Shown: in pieces, positions 50,621-64,000 of the stretch | Position numbering within the stretch: position 1 is the first letter of the stretch | Layout of the letters: every line of letters starts with the position of its first letter | Assembly (NCBI RefSeq): GCF_006345805.1 | Contig: NC_042998.1 | Location: 173,042,001 to 173,106,000, forward strand | Length of the DNA stretch: 64,000 nt | Direction of reading: 5' to 3' | From: Octopus sinensis | Taxonomy: Eukaryota | Notes under the pieces: generated by a model | Told to the model about the DNA's origin: nothing | The model's input: the letters and a program-made list of their open reading frames with translations, nothing else | Databases searched by the model: none | Translations under genes and position numbers: made by a program

Positions 50621-53600
50621 GATTAGGAGAAAGAGAATGGACACAAACTTTGAAGGAGTAAGCGAGGTTGATAAAGAAATAAAAATGTAAGAAGTTGATG
50701 GGGACGGAACCTGAGGTCTGTGGTGTGTGAGAAGAATAAGCATAGGAAAGAAAAAGGAAGGGTGATGATATGTAGCACTGGAAAAGAGGGTAGAATTGAG
50801 CGCTGTAAAATGTTAGCTTAAGACATCAAACATATTAACAATGTGAGGAAAACACCTGAAATGGGTACTCTAGTTGTGTGAGAGGTACTCGTACACAATT
50901 AATCGATAAATATTATTAAAATCACTTTAATTAATAATATCTTAAGAATTTAAATAATCAAGATTTCTTTAGATTATTTTTACTGCTTTTAATTTCTGGA
51001 CTGTGCCATTTAGCACAATGAATTTTCCTTAGCGAATTTCGTATCAATCCAGATGTCTATGAGTAGTTGAGCCATGATTTTCTGTTTAAGCATCATTATT
51101 CGTCTTTTTCCTCACGTTTATGTCTGCTCATTTTCTTACACAGGAACGCAGCCGATTGTGAATGAGAGAGAAAGAGAAACAGAGAGAGGGAGAGAGAGAG
51201 AGAGCAGACAGACAGGCAGAAAGAGAGAAAGAATAATCGACCAAATAATTAACCGGTACATCATTTCGCGACTGTACAGGTTAAAGGAAAATTTGCCCTT
51301 GGCGGAATTCGAACTCACAACGAAGAGAATCAGAAAAAGTAATGTAACGCATCCTAAGAGTCGCTTTAATCAATTAGCTCTCTTTTAAGTCAATAACAAT
51401 ATTATTTAATTAAAAATACAAGTTATAAACCTTGTTTTGAAATGGATAAAGCTGAGGAAGTAGAAAAAGAAGAGAGAAACAAAACAGAAGTAGGTGTGAG
51501 TAAGCAGTGTAGCGTAAGGAGGTGAAATGGTTTGTGGCGACAGGGCTGGGTGGATAACAAAGAGAATCAGCTGAGTTCAAAGATCTCAAAAGATTCGAAA
51601 AAAGAAAATAGCGAAACAAAAACGTTGAAAATAATTTATTTCAAAGCTATGTGGAAAATACTAGAGTTATAAAAAAATAAAACTAGCGAGGTGTTAAAAT
51701 GAGTAAAGTAATTTAGTGCTATTAAGAATGATCATCTAGAAGAATTAAGATAAGGTTATTCAACATAAAACGTAAGATATAAAATTCGCTTTAAAAACAC
51801 GTTTTAAATTTTAAATCTGATTAATGTGATTAAATCGGTAAAATACTACTAAAAAGAAACAATACTTTTCTATTTGATTGTATAAGAAGATTGGTGATCA
51901 TCAAAGTCAGTGACTGAATAATGATGCACATAGAGTTATTGAACGTTAACGAAATGAAAGATAATAAAATGAGACCTTAGCGATAGACCGTTATAAGACG
52001 GATAAACGGAAATGAAGAGTGATAAGATAGATCTAGTACTTAAAACAAAAGGGTATGTAGACAACACAAGGCGGTTGGGATAACTAAAATGGAGAAACAA
52101 CCAATAAACGGGATGTAACTAAAACCGTTAATGAAAACTAAAGTTATGAACAACTACAAAACTACAGGATCGTAGATGTAATGCAGAAGTGATAGATGAA
52201 TAATTGTAAGTTCCCTAAGAATAGTAAGGAATAATGAATAGGTTTAAGACCAGAAATGGTTTTGTGGATAATTGTAAGTGACCGATATATAATAGAGCAA
52301 TGTTCTAGTTCAGTAGATTTATGTTCAAACAGCAGTATGTATTTGATGTTTTTGTAATAGTTTCTTGACAGGGTCTCAGTAAATATGCATACATTATAAG
52401 ATTTAAAAAGTTATGAACTAGCAAATGCGCGCGCGCGCGCACAATGAATACTGACAATAAGAGTCTATAATAAAAATAGGACACACTACTGAGACGTATC
52501 TAAGTTTTAAATATTTTGTGGGTGAAAAAGCAATATTTTAAATGTCCTTGGTAGAAAAAAATTTCAAATGTTATGCCAAAACAAAAACAAAACATCCGTA
52601 TGAATTCTACTGCTTTAGTAACGATATTCTAGCCCAGGTACAGTTGAATATTTTTAATTTTGAGTCCCCAGATAAAAAGGAAGAGTGATGATTTTCTACA
52701 TTTGGAGTTGAATCTTAAAAAAGGTATACTGATTTTCCCTTATTTTCCATGTATTAGCTGTAAGAGAGAGTTTAAACTTCGTAGATTAAGATTCTATACT
52801 AATACATAGTGTCTTCAGATAAACAGTTCGAATCTAAAAAATACAACGAGGTGGGACTGATACTGTTACAATGTGAAGAGTGTTTCAAGTTCAGCGAGTT
52901 TGAAAGGGTGGAAGACATGACAGATTGGTAGAAGTTAGGTGTTGTGGAGTATGAAATTATATTGTTCGCTTATTGAATATTTTATAATAGCTATGTGGTA
53001 AGAGCAAGTTATATTTGTCAAGAGAAATTTTATTATGGATATAGCTACATATGTATCGGCTAATGTTCCTTTTCTTTTCACATTCCTCTGAATACTTCTG
53101 CTGAAAGCGAATAGAAGTATTTTTCAGGAGAGATTCATAGTAATAGGTTTAGGGTCCTTCGAACATTTACTCTTTTGCGATGATAAATGATTAGTATAAG
53201 TGAAACGTTCTCATTTAGGTGGTTTAGGATCCCTTTGATGATTCGAAATCCTATGTATTTAATTTATTGTATAATGCAGGTCGCAAAAATGAGAGTATAT
53301 AAAATTATATATGCATGTGTGTGGAGGGTGTGTATGTGAGAGAGAGGTACAGAAGGAGAAAGAAAGAATGAGTGAAAATGAGCTCAGCGAAATAAATAAA
53401 GCTGCCTTGTGGAATGAACATGGACGATGAAGACGACGATGAAGACCAATGCGTTTGCAACTGTAATACTTTTGATTTTTAGAAGTACAGTCTTTTCTGA
53501 AATGTATAACCCCACATCTATAACATGGATTATGACGTGGTGCTCTTTTTTACTTGTACTTTTCCGGTCGGCACATCTGTGTTTTTGAGGAATCCTTTTC

Positions 53601-54337
53601 TTGAATTTTTTCTACATCGTGTTTCTGGTTTACCATCCTTTGCGATTCTTTTGCCACAGACTGTTAAGACAGATCTTGGTTTTCTGGTTCTAATTTAGAA
53701 AAACTTCTTGCCGGAATTTCTGTATCTTCTTGCTGTAAGGCCTTATACAAAAATAATATACTTGAACATCTCAGGTGTAAGTTATTTGAGTTTAAAACTT
53801 TCGCACATCCTGTTGACTGTTCCTGCGTATTTGATAAAATCTTCATTCTCTTTTTTCGTTATATTCCAACACTCCATTCGAGTATTAAATAGAGATATTT
53901 TATCACCGAATATGTTAGACAGTAATCCTATTATTTCTTTAAAGCAGATGTCATTGGTTTCTTTGGGAAATATGAAATTACTGCGACGTTCACGCTCTAA
54001 CGAAGCTAATTTTCGCAATAACAATTTAAAAATTCTCTTCGTACCAACTGTAGTACAATGCAAAAGTTATACCCTCCTCTAGATTATAACTGAATTCATT
54101 AATCGAGTTCGGAACGCCGTCTGGCGAAAACGAACTTACCTTATTTTCGGACTTATTTGAATATAGCTCCAATAATTGTTGTTGTTGTAGGTGTTGCTGT
54201 AATAGTTGCTTCTACAACTACTGCTGCTGCTGTTGTTGTTGCTTTTGTAACTGTAATATGGAAGCTAATATGTCTTCCATCATTTAACAAGTTGTATCAT
54301 GAACAAATTGTTAAATAACCTACGTGAGTTTTGAAAC

Positions 54338-54348
54338 CCTCGTCGCCA
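54338..54348 (-). promoter_or_regulatory. Primer-binding site TGGCGACGAGG (probably tRNA-Ser GCU)
   Basis: 2 nt after the LTR end (..TTACA tt TGG); the tRNA assignment is from my recall of the tRNA-Ser(GCU) 3' end. Confidence 0.7.
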
Positions 54349-54350
54349 AA

Positions 54351-54597
54351 TGTAACGTAATTTGTTACGTATAAGATAACCAGACAGTCGTAAAACAATG
54401 TAACAAACTAAACAAGTCGCTTTACGAGCCAACAATCAATATTCTTTATGAACTAACCGACCGACACCTTCCGACTTCACTGCGAACTAACACAAACTTC
54501 AATCGACTCTGAACTTATGAACTCACTCGGATCGTTACTATTTATACTTTACTTGGACCAGTCTATCTCACACAAGGAGGTATCGTAACTCACCACA
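54351..54597 (-). repeat. 5' LTR (247 bp, TG...CA)
   Basis: Minus strand begins TGTGG and ends TTACA, immediately upstream of the PBS. Confidence 0.7.
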
Positions 54598-54699
54598 ATA
54601 TTTTCAGCTTTAGTTTTGCATTACATATACATACATACAAACACCACACATATATACTGACATCATACATACATATATATATATGTGTGTTTAGCCGAA

Positions 54700-54870
54700 T
54701 GATAAGATGTTTATTTCTCAACCACATGATTCTATGTTCAGTCCTAGTGTGTGTCACCTTGCGCAAATGTCTTTTATTCCTGGGTCGACCAATGCCTTGT
54801 GAGTGGATTTGGTTGGCAGAAACTAAAAAAAGACCATAATATATTTGTATAGACACATACAAACATACAA
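54700..54870 (-). mobile_element. SINE family C, partial and diverged
   Basis: caccttgcgcaaatgtctt...gccttgtgagtggatttgg homology; orientation should be rechecked by alignment. Confidence 0.5.
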
Positions 54871-56976
54871 ACACACACTCACGTATATATATAATTAAGA
54901 TTCAGGTTAATTAGGTACTTAAATTGAAGCCCCCTTTTGGGTTGAACTAATTTGCACACCCAAACAATATCAGATGAATATCAAACTCTGCGCAGAAGGG
55001 TTTGCACTTGATATTCTCGCAGTGTATGCAGATAACATGACCCATCTTAATGAAGAGATCCGCTCTTGGTTTTTCAGACATTTACTGTATATAAAAATAC
55101 AAAAGTACTTTCTATAAAATTTCCGAAGTGCAGATTCCAGGGTAGGTGAATAAAATATGAGTAACAAAGCTGTACAGGTGTCAATCCATTATGACCGTTT
55201 CAAGTGACACCTTTAATTGATTGATAAAAACATTACATCACTGCGAAGAAACCGTTTTCGTCAGATGACTGCACAGACTTCAAACACAAAGGACAAACCA
55301 GTTACTTTGACATATTCGCATCAGCAACGAAGCTCAAATACAATGATTCGGCTGTTATATCTTTGGCAGAATAAGTTTAGAAAATAGTCTATGCAGTGTC
55401 GAACCTATTAAAATTAAGAGGTTAGTAGAGGTTATAGTGGCGGTAGAGCTTATAATTGATAGTAGTGACCTAGTTACCTACACTTCGAAATATTTTGCGA
55501 GTTGCAGCTGTATTCTAGATAGAGGTCATAAATTAATTGATATCATGACAACCTACTGGACTATCTAATTACTGGAATCTTATATCCAGATTTGTCTACA
55601 CAAAAGAGTAAGGCTTGTGGTAGTAACAAAAGGGGGAATGCCTGATGGGGAAATGGTGATAGTTGGGAGAAAGAAGGGTAGGAAGAGGTAATAATACTTA
55701 TTTTGATTGCTAAGGGGAAGATAATGAAAAGCTAAAGGAATAAGTATAAAAAATTAATGATGGAACATAAGTTCAGGGAATAAGGGTAGGAGCTCATTGT
55801 GATTTAGCATATTTATAATGTTAAAGCAAAATATAATTAGATATATAGATGAAGGCTAGAATTTGCACTTAAAATTTTAATAAGGAGATACTTTAAGATA
55901 TAAGAGAAATATTAAGACTTTTCATAAATGTAGTGCATAGAATATCCTGGTTAAATATCATATGATGAATGTATAAAGGAAATATAATATAAATAGATAT
56001 TTTGGTATGCAATTAAACTGATAATTAAAATCATTCCCGTCAAATACAGGTGGGATATAGTTAGAAGTGAAATCTAAAGTACAGGGCAAGTAAATTAGAG
56101 ATATTAAATATATGAAAGAGTACATTCAGATACAAAATTTAAACAATTTTAATCCTATAATTACATAATACCATGAATAATTTTAAAATATAAGTTTACA
56201 GTATTCAGTAAATTTTACGCAAAAAAGTATAAATTGCCACACTTCTTTATATATCCTTTTATATATTTTTACAGTTTTTATATATAAAAGGATATATAAA
56301 GGCATAAAATCATTAAAAAAATAAAATATAAGAATTTGTAAGATATAATGAGTAATTAAAAAATATATGATAATATAAACTATAAAAACCATGAAATATA
56401 TGAAAGGATATATACAGGCATAAAATATAAAATATAAAAATTCCTAAAATATAACAAAAAAGTACATCAAAGAAAATATCCAGGTGGAATAGTAACAGAT
56501 CTCAGAGGCTATATTTTACATTTAGGGGAGGTGCGAATTTTAAGGATCCATTAAAAATGTAAATATATTATATATCAACCATGATAGAAGAGATTCACCA
56601 CTGGGAAGGATAAATACATATTGTAATTATTAAAAGTTTATAGATCAGAAGGACTAATGGTCACTAGAATGCATTATTTGACATCACAGGGAGTAGGTTA
56701 CGAATGATATGGCATCCCGAATAACTTGTGTTACCAGAAGACCGTATGATATAATTATTAATTACCTGCTTCTAAAGTATTTAAAGTACGGATAATCTTA
56801 TGAACACATGACACCCTAAGATCTAATTTATTATTAATTAGGTTGTGTTTGTCTCTATATTTGAATATTTCATATATTTCCATACAACATAGTCCACACC
56901 CATATATCACCATGTGTATATATAAAAAATTAAAATCCAAGGCTGTGAAAGATTTCAGAACATTTATAAACAGACG

Positions 56977-57024
56977 GTCTTACAGTTGTTTCCGGGATAT
57001 TTTATATATCCCTTCATCGGAGAC
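56977..57024 (-). ncRNA. Type-I hammerhead-like motif, C4 core variant
   Basis: gtct CCGATGA a gggatat ataaa atatccc g GAAAC aact GTA agac; 7-bp stem II. Confidence 0.6.
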
Positions 57025-57369
57025 GGTGTGAGGAAATGTATTCTAGATAATATATGAAATAGAGAGTGAAGTGGAGGAATGAAAATAGACGTGAGATATG
57101 CAGGATATTGTATCCGCAGTTCCCTTATTTAGGCAGCATGGTATATATATAAGATTCTTGTAACTTGTAAGTTCCAAGAGTATTTAAAATTGTTCATGCC
57201 AAGCAATAGAGTACAAGGTACAAGAATCTTATATATATACCATTCTGCCTAAATAATAGAACTACAGATACAATATCCCTGCATATCTCACGTCTATTTT
57301 CATTCCACCACTTCACTTCTATTTCATATATTGTCTAGATTAACTATTGCTTAACCATTCTCTCACACC

Positions 57370-57416
57370 GTCTCCGATGAAGGAATATATAAAATATCCT
57401 GGAAACAGCTGTAAGA
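57370..57416 (+). ncRNA. Type-I hammerhead-like motif, C4 core variant (other arm)
   Basis: gtct CCGATGA aggaatatataaaatatcctg GAAAC agct GTA aga. Confidence 0.55.
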
Positions 57417-57476
57417 GCTATTTAAAAATGTTCTGAAATCTTTCACAGCCTTGGATTTTTATCTCATTCTGTTAAT

Positions 57477-57509
<33 letters not shown>

Positions 57510-57515
57510 CACACA

Positions 57516-57587
<72 letters not shown>

Positions 57588-57609
57588 TGCATGTATATAT
57601 GTGTATGTG

Positions 57610-57820
57610 TCTCTCTGGGTTCCTGTTTGTCCCCACCACGTTTAACGACCGGTATTACCTTACTCACAACCCCTGACTAAGTAGTGCGGCAAAAAGGCAC
57701 CGTTTGAATAAGTACCAGGCTTAATGATACCAGTAGTGAGGGGCGATCAGTTTTATTAAAACATTCAAACCTGTGACCCAGCACAGCTACAGTCTAATGA
57801 GTGAAACAAGTAAAAGAGCA
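57610..57820 (+). mobile_element. SINE family C 3' half, diverged
   Basis: tgtttgtcccc...aataagtaccaggctt...tctaatgagtgaaacaagtaaaagag. Confidence 0.6.
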
Positions 57821-58015
57821 ATGGCACACACACATATATTTTTATACATACGTGCATGCATATTTATATATACATACATATGTTAATTAGTAGTATTAGA
57901 TAAGGATTTAGAGAATCATATGGGTATGACAGTGAGCTCCTCATACGGACCCGACTATCAGACTACGTAATAAACAATTGCAAAGTAGTGTAACTGAAAA
58001 TACCGTAAAACTAAC

Positions 58016-58081
<66 letters not shown>

Positions 58082-61000
58082 ATAATTCATTAGTACGCTA
58101 TTCTTCCTTACGTTCTGATAAAATTATATTTATAAAAAAAAAATCCATAAAATGTATATCTTAATTCATCTGCGGAATCACAATATGTCTCTAGTTGCTA
58201 TGAATTCAGAGCACATTTCTAAATGGTTCCAGGAATCAGCTTATTTAGTTTGTAATGTAAAAAAAAATGTGATTTAGTGATTGATTGATTGTTATGAAGA
58301 ATCGTGCTCTGAATTTTGCATCTAAATGGAGACGGTACAAAATCTGAAATAGTATGTTCGAAAAGTTGTGGTGCCACCTGAGATGTATTGGTCAATGTAA
58401 ATATGAAAATCAACTTTGATGTACATGGTATGTAGACAGCTGCATATTTACATACTACTTGGTGATTTTACCTTTGTAACTGCTGAGGAATATAAAATTG
58501 ATACGGATAGCAGTAAAACTGTTGATCAACATCTTTTTGAAAGTTTCTTTCAGCCCTAGACCAAAAACGTCAAATGATAAGTCTAATCAGAGATCACCAG
58601 TAGATGTTATAGTTATAATTTATTTCATTGTTTATATTTGCACGTGGAATTAGCTTAAGAAAACAATGGATTGTAATACTTGAAACAGTAAGGCCTGTCT
58701 GCTAAATACCGAATCACAATGTTCTCTGTGATATTGTTAACAATAAAAGCATTTTTAGCCGGAGTACATTTCTGTTGGTGATCTCCACATGCTATTCAAA
58801 ATTATGCTATTAATCATATTGTCATTGGAAAAACATATACTAAGCTAATATTCGCATTGACAGTTTTATTTTCTGTAGAAACCATGAAAATATTCCGTCT
58901 TGTATAAACTACTATATTTTATATTTCATTCTAATATAAGCCATACATATATCCACTATTTTTCGTGTATTCCCACGGTAAGGCTTCTGCTTTTATTGAA
59001 TTGAGTTGGTATGTCCCAATGTTACTATCATCACAGGTAATCTTCATGCTTGGAATTAAACAATTTTTTTCTGGTTGCATTTCTGGGATCCTAATATATT
59101 TATTCGTTTCCTCGTCACAGTCTGCGAAAATATTTCCAGTATGCCAGGTTGTTAAATATTTCCTACTGCTATCCGACTAGAAGCCTTATATCATATTTAT
59201 ATTCTGTCTGCAATTAATGCATTTTACACCCTTTGATAACCCTCTTGATTTTCCATCAATGCTGGCTATGATCTGATGCTTTCTCCTTTTAAGTGGTTAT
59301 TATATATAAATGTAATCCCGCAGTAATAGCGAGTTATAATGTAAGTTTCAAAAACAAACCTGAAATTCATTGCCTTTATACTTAGAGAAATAGAAATTTC
59401 TGTGAATATAATTTTGGTGATATTGATTGTTGAAAAAACAAAATTATTTATTTGAATCCCAAAGCATTAATATTTACTGATTATTTGTTTGTATCAGTTC
59501 AAATAAAATGACAAGTCTTGTTGTGATAACACATTTCACAATACTATCACAGTTTTGATCAATAAATTGTTCTTTCAAAACAAGAGGAGTATTATGTGCT
59601 AAATAAAATTGGAATTTTGCAATATTTGAGAATTGGATTTTCTTGATTGATATCTGAAAAAATACCCATTTAGAATTCAAGTCTCCCGATGTTCTATTAT
59701 TCGTGTTCTCGTGTATTCGATGCCATAACACTTATTTTTGTCTTTAAAGATTCGATTTGAATTTAATCATAGATTTAAAATTGCTATTTTTTATTTGATT
59801 TTTTTAAACAAAGCGTTAATGAAAACATTATATTGGACAATATTTAAATCACTTCATTGAAGCATCAATTTAAGATTATTAAAGGATTAAAGATCAACAA
59901 GATATCCTAGTTTATAACTGTGTATATTCATTGTAAATATAATTTATGTTCTGTTTCTCAAGAAGTAACGTAACATGTCACCTCATTAAATTCAGCACAT
60001 CGTTTACATTTTATCCAGAATCATTAATATTTTATAACTTTGTCTTCTTATATTCGATAGGAATTTATTATTATTTCAGCTAATTATAGTGTTAGAAGGT
60101 GTGAAAGTGTCTTAATTAAACACGCATCTACCGAAGATATTTTAAGAGCAATCAAAGTAGATGGTTTCATAAAATTGTCACAGATTGTGTCAGTGATTTT
60201 TATTTGTATTAAATTGAATTAAATTTTATATAAAGTAAGCATTATATTCTTATTGTTCTTGAAATGACATCTAGATAAATCTAATACAGTCAATATCAGT
60301 TTCTTAGGTTTCAAACAAATGCTTATAAAATTAATATAAATGCGTATAAGTGCTACTCATGCTTGTAAACACAAGAGAGATAATGTTTAGTTATATAAAA
60401 ACCTGCGAAGATTAACTTGCAACTAGAAAGAAAATAATGCATTGAGAGTAGAGATTTAGTAAATTTTCACAAATCCAAATAGAATCTAATCGTCACGATG
60501 CTTGTATTTTCCCAATTTCTTAAATTTCTTTATTATCTTTTAGTCAAATGAGAAGACAGTACTCGTGACTCTTTACAAACCGGTGAGAGGGAGGAACGTA
60601 TGCCCAAACCGAAGAATTGATTTAAGTACTTGCAAGAGTAGACTTCGCCAGAGGCATGCAAGGATAGCGGCAATGCTAAAATAGTTGCAACAGAAATTAT
60701 TAAACATTTTATGACATAATTTCAATTTAAAAACACTGAATTAGTTTTGATCAAAGATTGATCTATATAAAAGAAGGCAAATGTTATATATCAAAGAGCG
60801 AATAATTATTAAATGAATAATTAATTCAATAACAGGAAAGTATTAACTAACGGCTTGTTAATTATCAAGAACATACGAATATAAAGGAAGATGATGTTTT
60901 TCCCCATTGCATATTTAGTACTTGTAAATATATTTAACACAACAAATATTTTCGCATTAAATTATATGTTTTAGATTTTAAAAAACGTACATGTAATTGA

Positions 61001-63097
61001 GAATTTAAAACTTCAATATCTCCTCCAAAAGATATAGAGTCGAAATTGAAAGAAGAGTGCCATTGTTATCTAGTGAACGACATTTCGACATCTTGTGTGT
61101 CTTCAACTGGTTCAAAAAATAATTTTGTCAATCTACTTCATTTTGGTTAATATATAAAGGATTGAGGTAACTCCTACAGAAGATATAGAGTCAAAATTAG
61201 AAGAGTGCTATTGTTATCTAGTGATTATTATTATTCTATAGTATCCTTAAATAAATCTAATCTTTGTACCCCTATTAATTCGTACTCGGCTTATATAAGG
61301 TAATACCGGTATCTCGACAACTTTCAATTGTTCAATTTAATTAAATCAGTATATAGTTAACATGTACTTTATCCTCAGTTGCTCCCTTATTAAATACCAG
61401 TTAAATCAAATTGATCAATCTCCATAGAAACCATATAATAAGTTAATATTTAGATAAGTAATAATTAAATAAACATTAAACTATTTCTTTGCAATTTTCT
61501 TTTCCTCCATCTATTGTGATAAATATTTGGTATATACTCAAAATATTCAAAGAACTACTATCTTTTTGTTAAAATTTCATTCTTAATAATCTTCTTGATT
61601 ACCCTAAATTTTAACGTTATACAATAAGACAATATTGTTTGAAGTGATGTTTAGATATTACTTGATTTATCTCTTTCTAAAATAACTCTACCCTCCTGAT
61701 CTTAGTATTTAAAAAAGGCCTTTATATAAATAACCCTTCTAGACAAGTACCACCAAGGAACTATAAATATCATGTAGGGAGTAACAATAATAACTTCTTA
61801 AACCTATAATATAACCCTTAGTGTCTTTTAAAAAAGATTAGTGTAAAATATAATTGTTCCCTAACTTAAATATTCCTTTAGCTGATACCAGACATCAGTC
61901 TTTTATTGATATTAGCTAAATAAGTAAATATATAATTTTTAGTCTAATATATTTTGAATTATGATACTTTTCCTAAAACTCTTCTCTATTGGTGTTAATA
62001 AGCTATATATACTTTACCATAGTATTAGTAATTGAGCTATTTTATTTCCTTTTCTATGGTGTCTTGCCCTACTTGATTATTTTATTTCTTTATTATTTTA
62101 TAATTAGCCTTTTTTTATTTATAAATTAATCTAATTTTTGTATCTCTACAAATTCATACTGAGCTTATATAAAACTATACTGTTATATTCACTATTTATA
62201 TAAAAAAACTTTTTAGATTATAATTTTATTAATATATAATTAGCATGTTCCTTTATCTCAATACGCCTTTATTAATACTAGTTTTTACAAATTAATCAAT
62301 ATTCACAGATACCATCTGATGGGTTAGTATTTAAGTGTACAATATGCATAAATATTAAACTATTTCTGGAAAATTTCTTTTCCTCCCTCTATTGTGATAA
62401 AAGTTTGGTATATACTCAAAAGTATTCATAAATTTCTATCCTTTTGTTATAATATTCTTCTTAATAACCCTAAATTTTAACTGTATACAATATAGCAACA
62501 TTGTTTAAAATATTTAACTACAGTACCACATGATAAGACTTTCCCTGTTTCATTATCAATAGTCTGCTAGTGGGCGAACCCCTAAATTATCAGCTAACAT
62601 CTTGTTTTAAGTTTTCCCTTACTAAACCTCATGATATTGCTAATAATAAATTTTCATTTTTTATCACTATACCAACTAGAATGTCTGTCTACTCCCTCAC
62701 CCTTACTCCTAACAGATACTACCCTCTGTTCTCTCAGGTTTAGATATGCAAGGGATTTGATAAACTAGTCTATGAATTAAAACTGATCCCATAACAACAA
62801 GATAATCAGTGACAGGCAGAGTCTGTAACAATCTATATCTTCTTGAAAACTTAGTAACTTCTATGCTGGAGTGAGACAGCATGTTCTTTGTCTATTTCCT
62901 TAAATTCTTGGAGATTTTAGGTATAATTATAAGAATGTGTCCATCTGTTCTAATTTAATTCAATTCTATGTCTTTCTGCAGCAGAAGATTGCTGTGCATT
63001 TTTAATTGATGTAATGATTGCATTGTTCAATGAAATGGAGTTGCATGAAACGATCGTACAGCATAATCTCTGGATATACTTGTTGCTTATTTTAATT

Positions 63098-63155
<58 letters not shown>

Positions 63156-63261
63156 CGTGTGTGTGTGAGAGTGTGTGTGTGTATGTATGTATGTATGTAT
63201 GTATTTATGTATATATATAAATATATGAATGTATGTATATATATATATACATATATATATA

Positions 63262-63495
63262 CAAGGCGGTGAGCTGGCAGAAAAGGTAGCACGCCGGGCG
63301 AAATGCGTAGCCGTATTTCGTCTGCCGTTACGTTCTGAGTTCAAATTCCGCCGAGGTCGACTTTGCCTTTCATTCTTTCGGGGTCGATAAATTAAGTACC
63401 AGTTACGCACTGGGGTCGATGGAATCGACTTAATCAGTTTATCTGTCCTTGTTTGTCCCCTCTGTGTTTAGCCCCTTGTGGGTAGTAAAGAAATA
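63262..63495 (+). mobile_element. SINE family D, full length
   Basis: Head caaggcggtgagctggcagaa...gagttcaaattcc, core gaggtcgactttgcctttca.tctttcggggtcgataaattaagtaccag. Confidence 0.9.
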
Positions 63496-63586
63496 TATAT
63501 ATATACAGATCGCCATGTTGATTCGCTAGCTTCTGCACGCATTTTTTTTCTCTCCTTGTTTCTCTCCGTGTTTCTTTTCTGTGTAT

Positions 63587-63622
63587 CTTTCTGTTGAAGA
63601 GCGTAGGCTCGAAACGTAAAAG
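63587..63622 (+). ncRNA. Minimal hammerhead-like motif, U6 core variant, within a ~215-bp repeat (63505-63720)
   Basis: cttt CTGTTGA a gagc gtag gctc GAAAC GTA aaag; palindromic ACGT with no loop III. Confidence 0.55.
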
Positions 63623-63720
63623 CCTTTTTTATATTTATATTCCTGAGCGCCATACTAATACAATTGTTTGTTTGTATTCCACCTGTCTTCATCCTTTGTT
63701 TATTTTCATAAAGCTTCCCG

Positions 63721-63759
<39 letters not shown>

Positions 63760-63829
63760 ACCACAAAATTTACAGTTCAGTCTTTGTTCATTGTTTTACT
63801 TTGGCAAGTTCATTTTCAAATTCATCAAG

Positions 63830-63920
63830 AAAACACTTGTCTAAGTTGCGAGTCAGTGGAACTGGACCCGGAACCATGTGATTGGGAAGCATACTTCTTA
63901 CCATACGGCCATTCCTGCAC
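63830..63920 (-). mobile_element. SINE family C head, diverged
   Basis: Reverse complement of the tRNA-like head (..ccgggtccagttccactgactcgcaacttagacaagtgt). Confidence 0.6.
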
Positions 63921-64000
63921 AATTTCGTAGAATAATTCTTCCTCTATAACAAAGGTATTACTCGATGTGGTCTCTATTGAAAGCCATGCAACTGCGCCAT

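Larger units (their letters stand above)
53440..54597 (-). mobile_element. Gypsy LTR retrotransposon 5' part (LTR, PBS, degenerate gag)
   Basis: gag KLLLRKL..ER.SNFIFPK..IFG..SLF..EDFIKYAGTVNRMCESFKL; knuckle CYRCGVIHFRKDC. Confidence 0.85.
56930..57460. mobile_element. Older imperfect palindromic PLE-derived element, arms ~56930-57169/57212-57460
   Basis: Arms are diverged reverse complements; each contains an HHR-like motif; tail paralog at ~23935-24005. Confidence 0.85.

Noticed and set aside
52850-53230. Possible highly decayed PLE endonuclease on the minus strand
   Set aside because: Only faint peptide resemblance with many stops; not supportable without a profile search.

Overview
This is AT-rich, microsatellite-dense eukaryotic genomic DNA, most likely from an octopod cephalopod. 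The organism call rests on my recollection of the SINE families and was not database-checked. No host protein-coding gene could be confidently identified, so the window reads as intron or intergenic DNA built mostly from transposon debris. That debris includes many Penelope-like elements (PLEs; RT plus GIY-YIG), four tRNA-derived SINE families, CR1, R4/Dong, RTE and L1/Tx1-like LINE fragments, a Gypsy 5' LTR with PBS and gag, hAT-type transposase relics, a hAT MITE with TSD, a non-autonomous Helitron and a fold-back element. The least expected content is about 18 minimal type-I hammerhead ribozyme (HHR) motifs, read by eye, in PLE terminal repeats. They include a tandem pair exactly 601 nt apart (retrozyme-like), two independent perfect palindromes (160-167 bp arms) that put an HHR on both strands, four U3-A8 compensatory-core variants (with stem-II covariation among three related copies), and C4 and U6 core variants. 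Ribozyme activity is inferred from structure only. Most ORFs in the supplied track are microsatellite artefacts.
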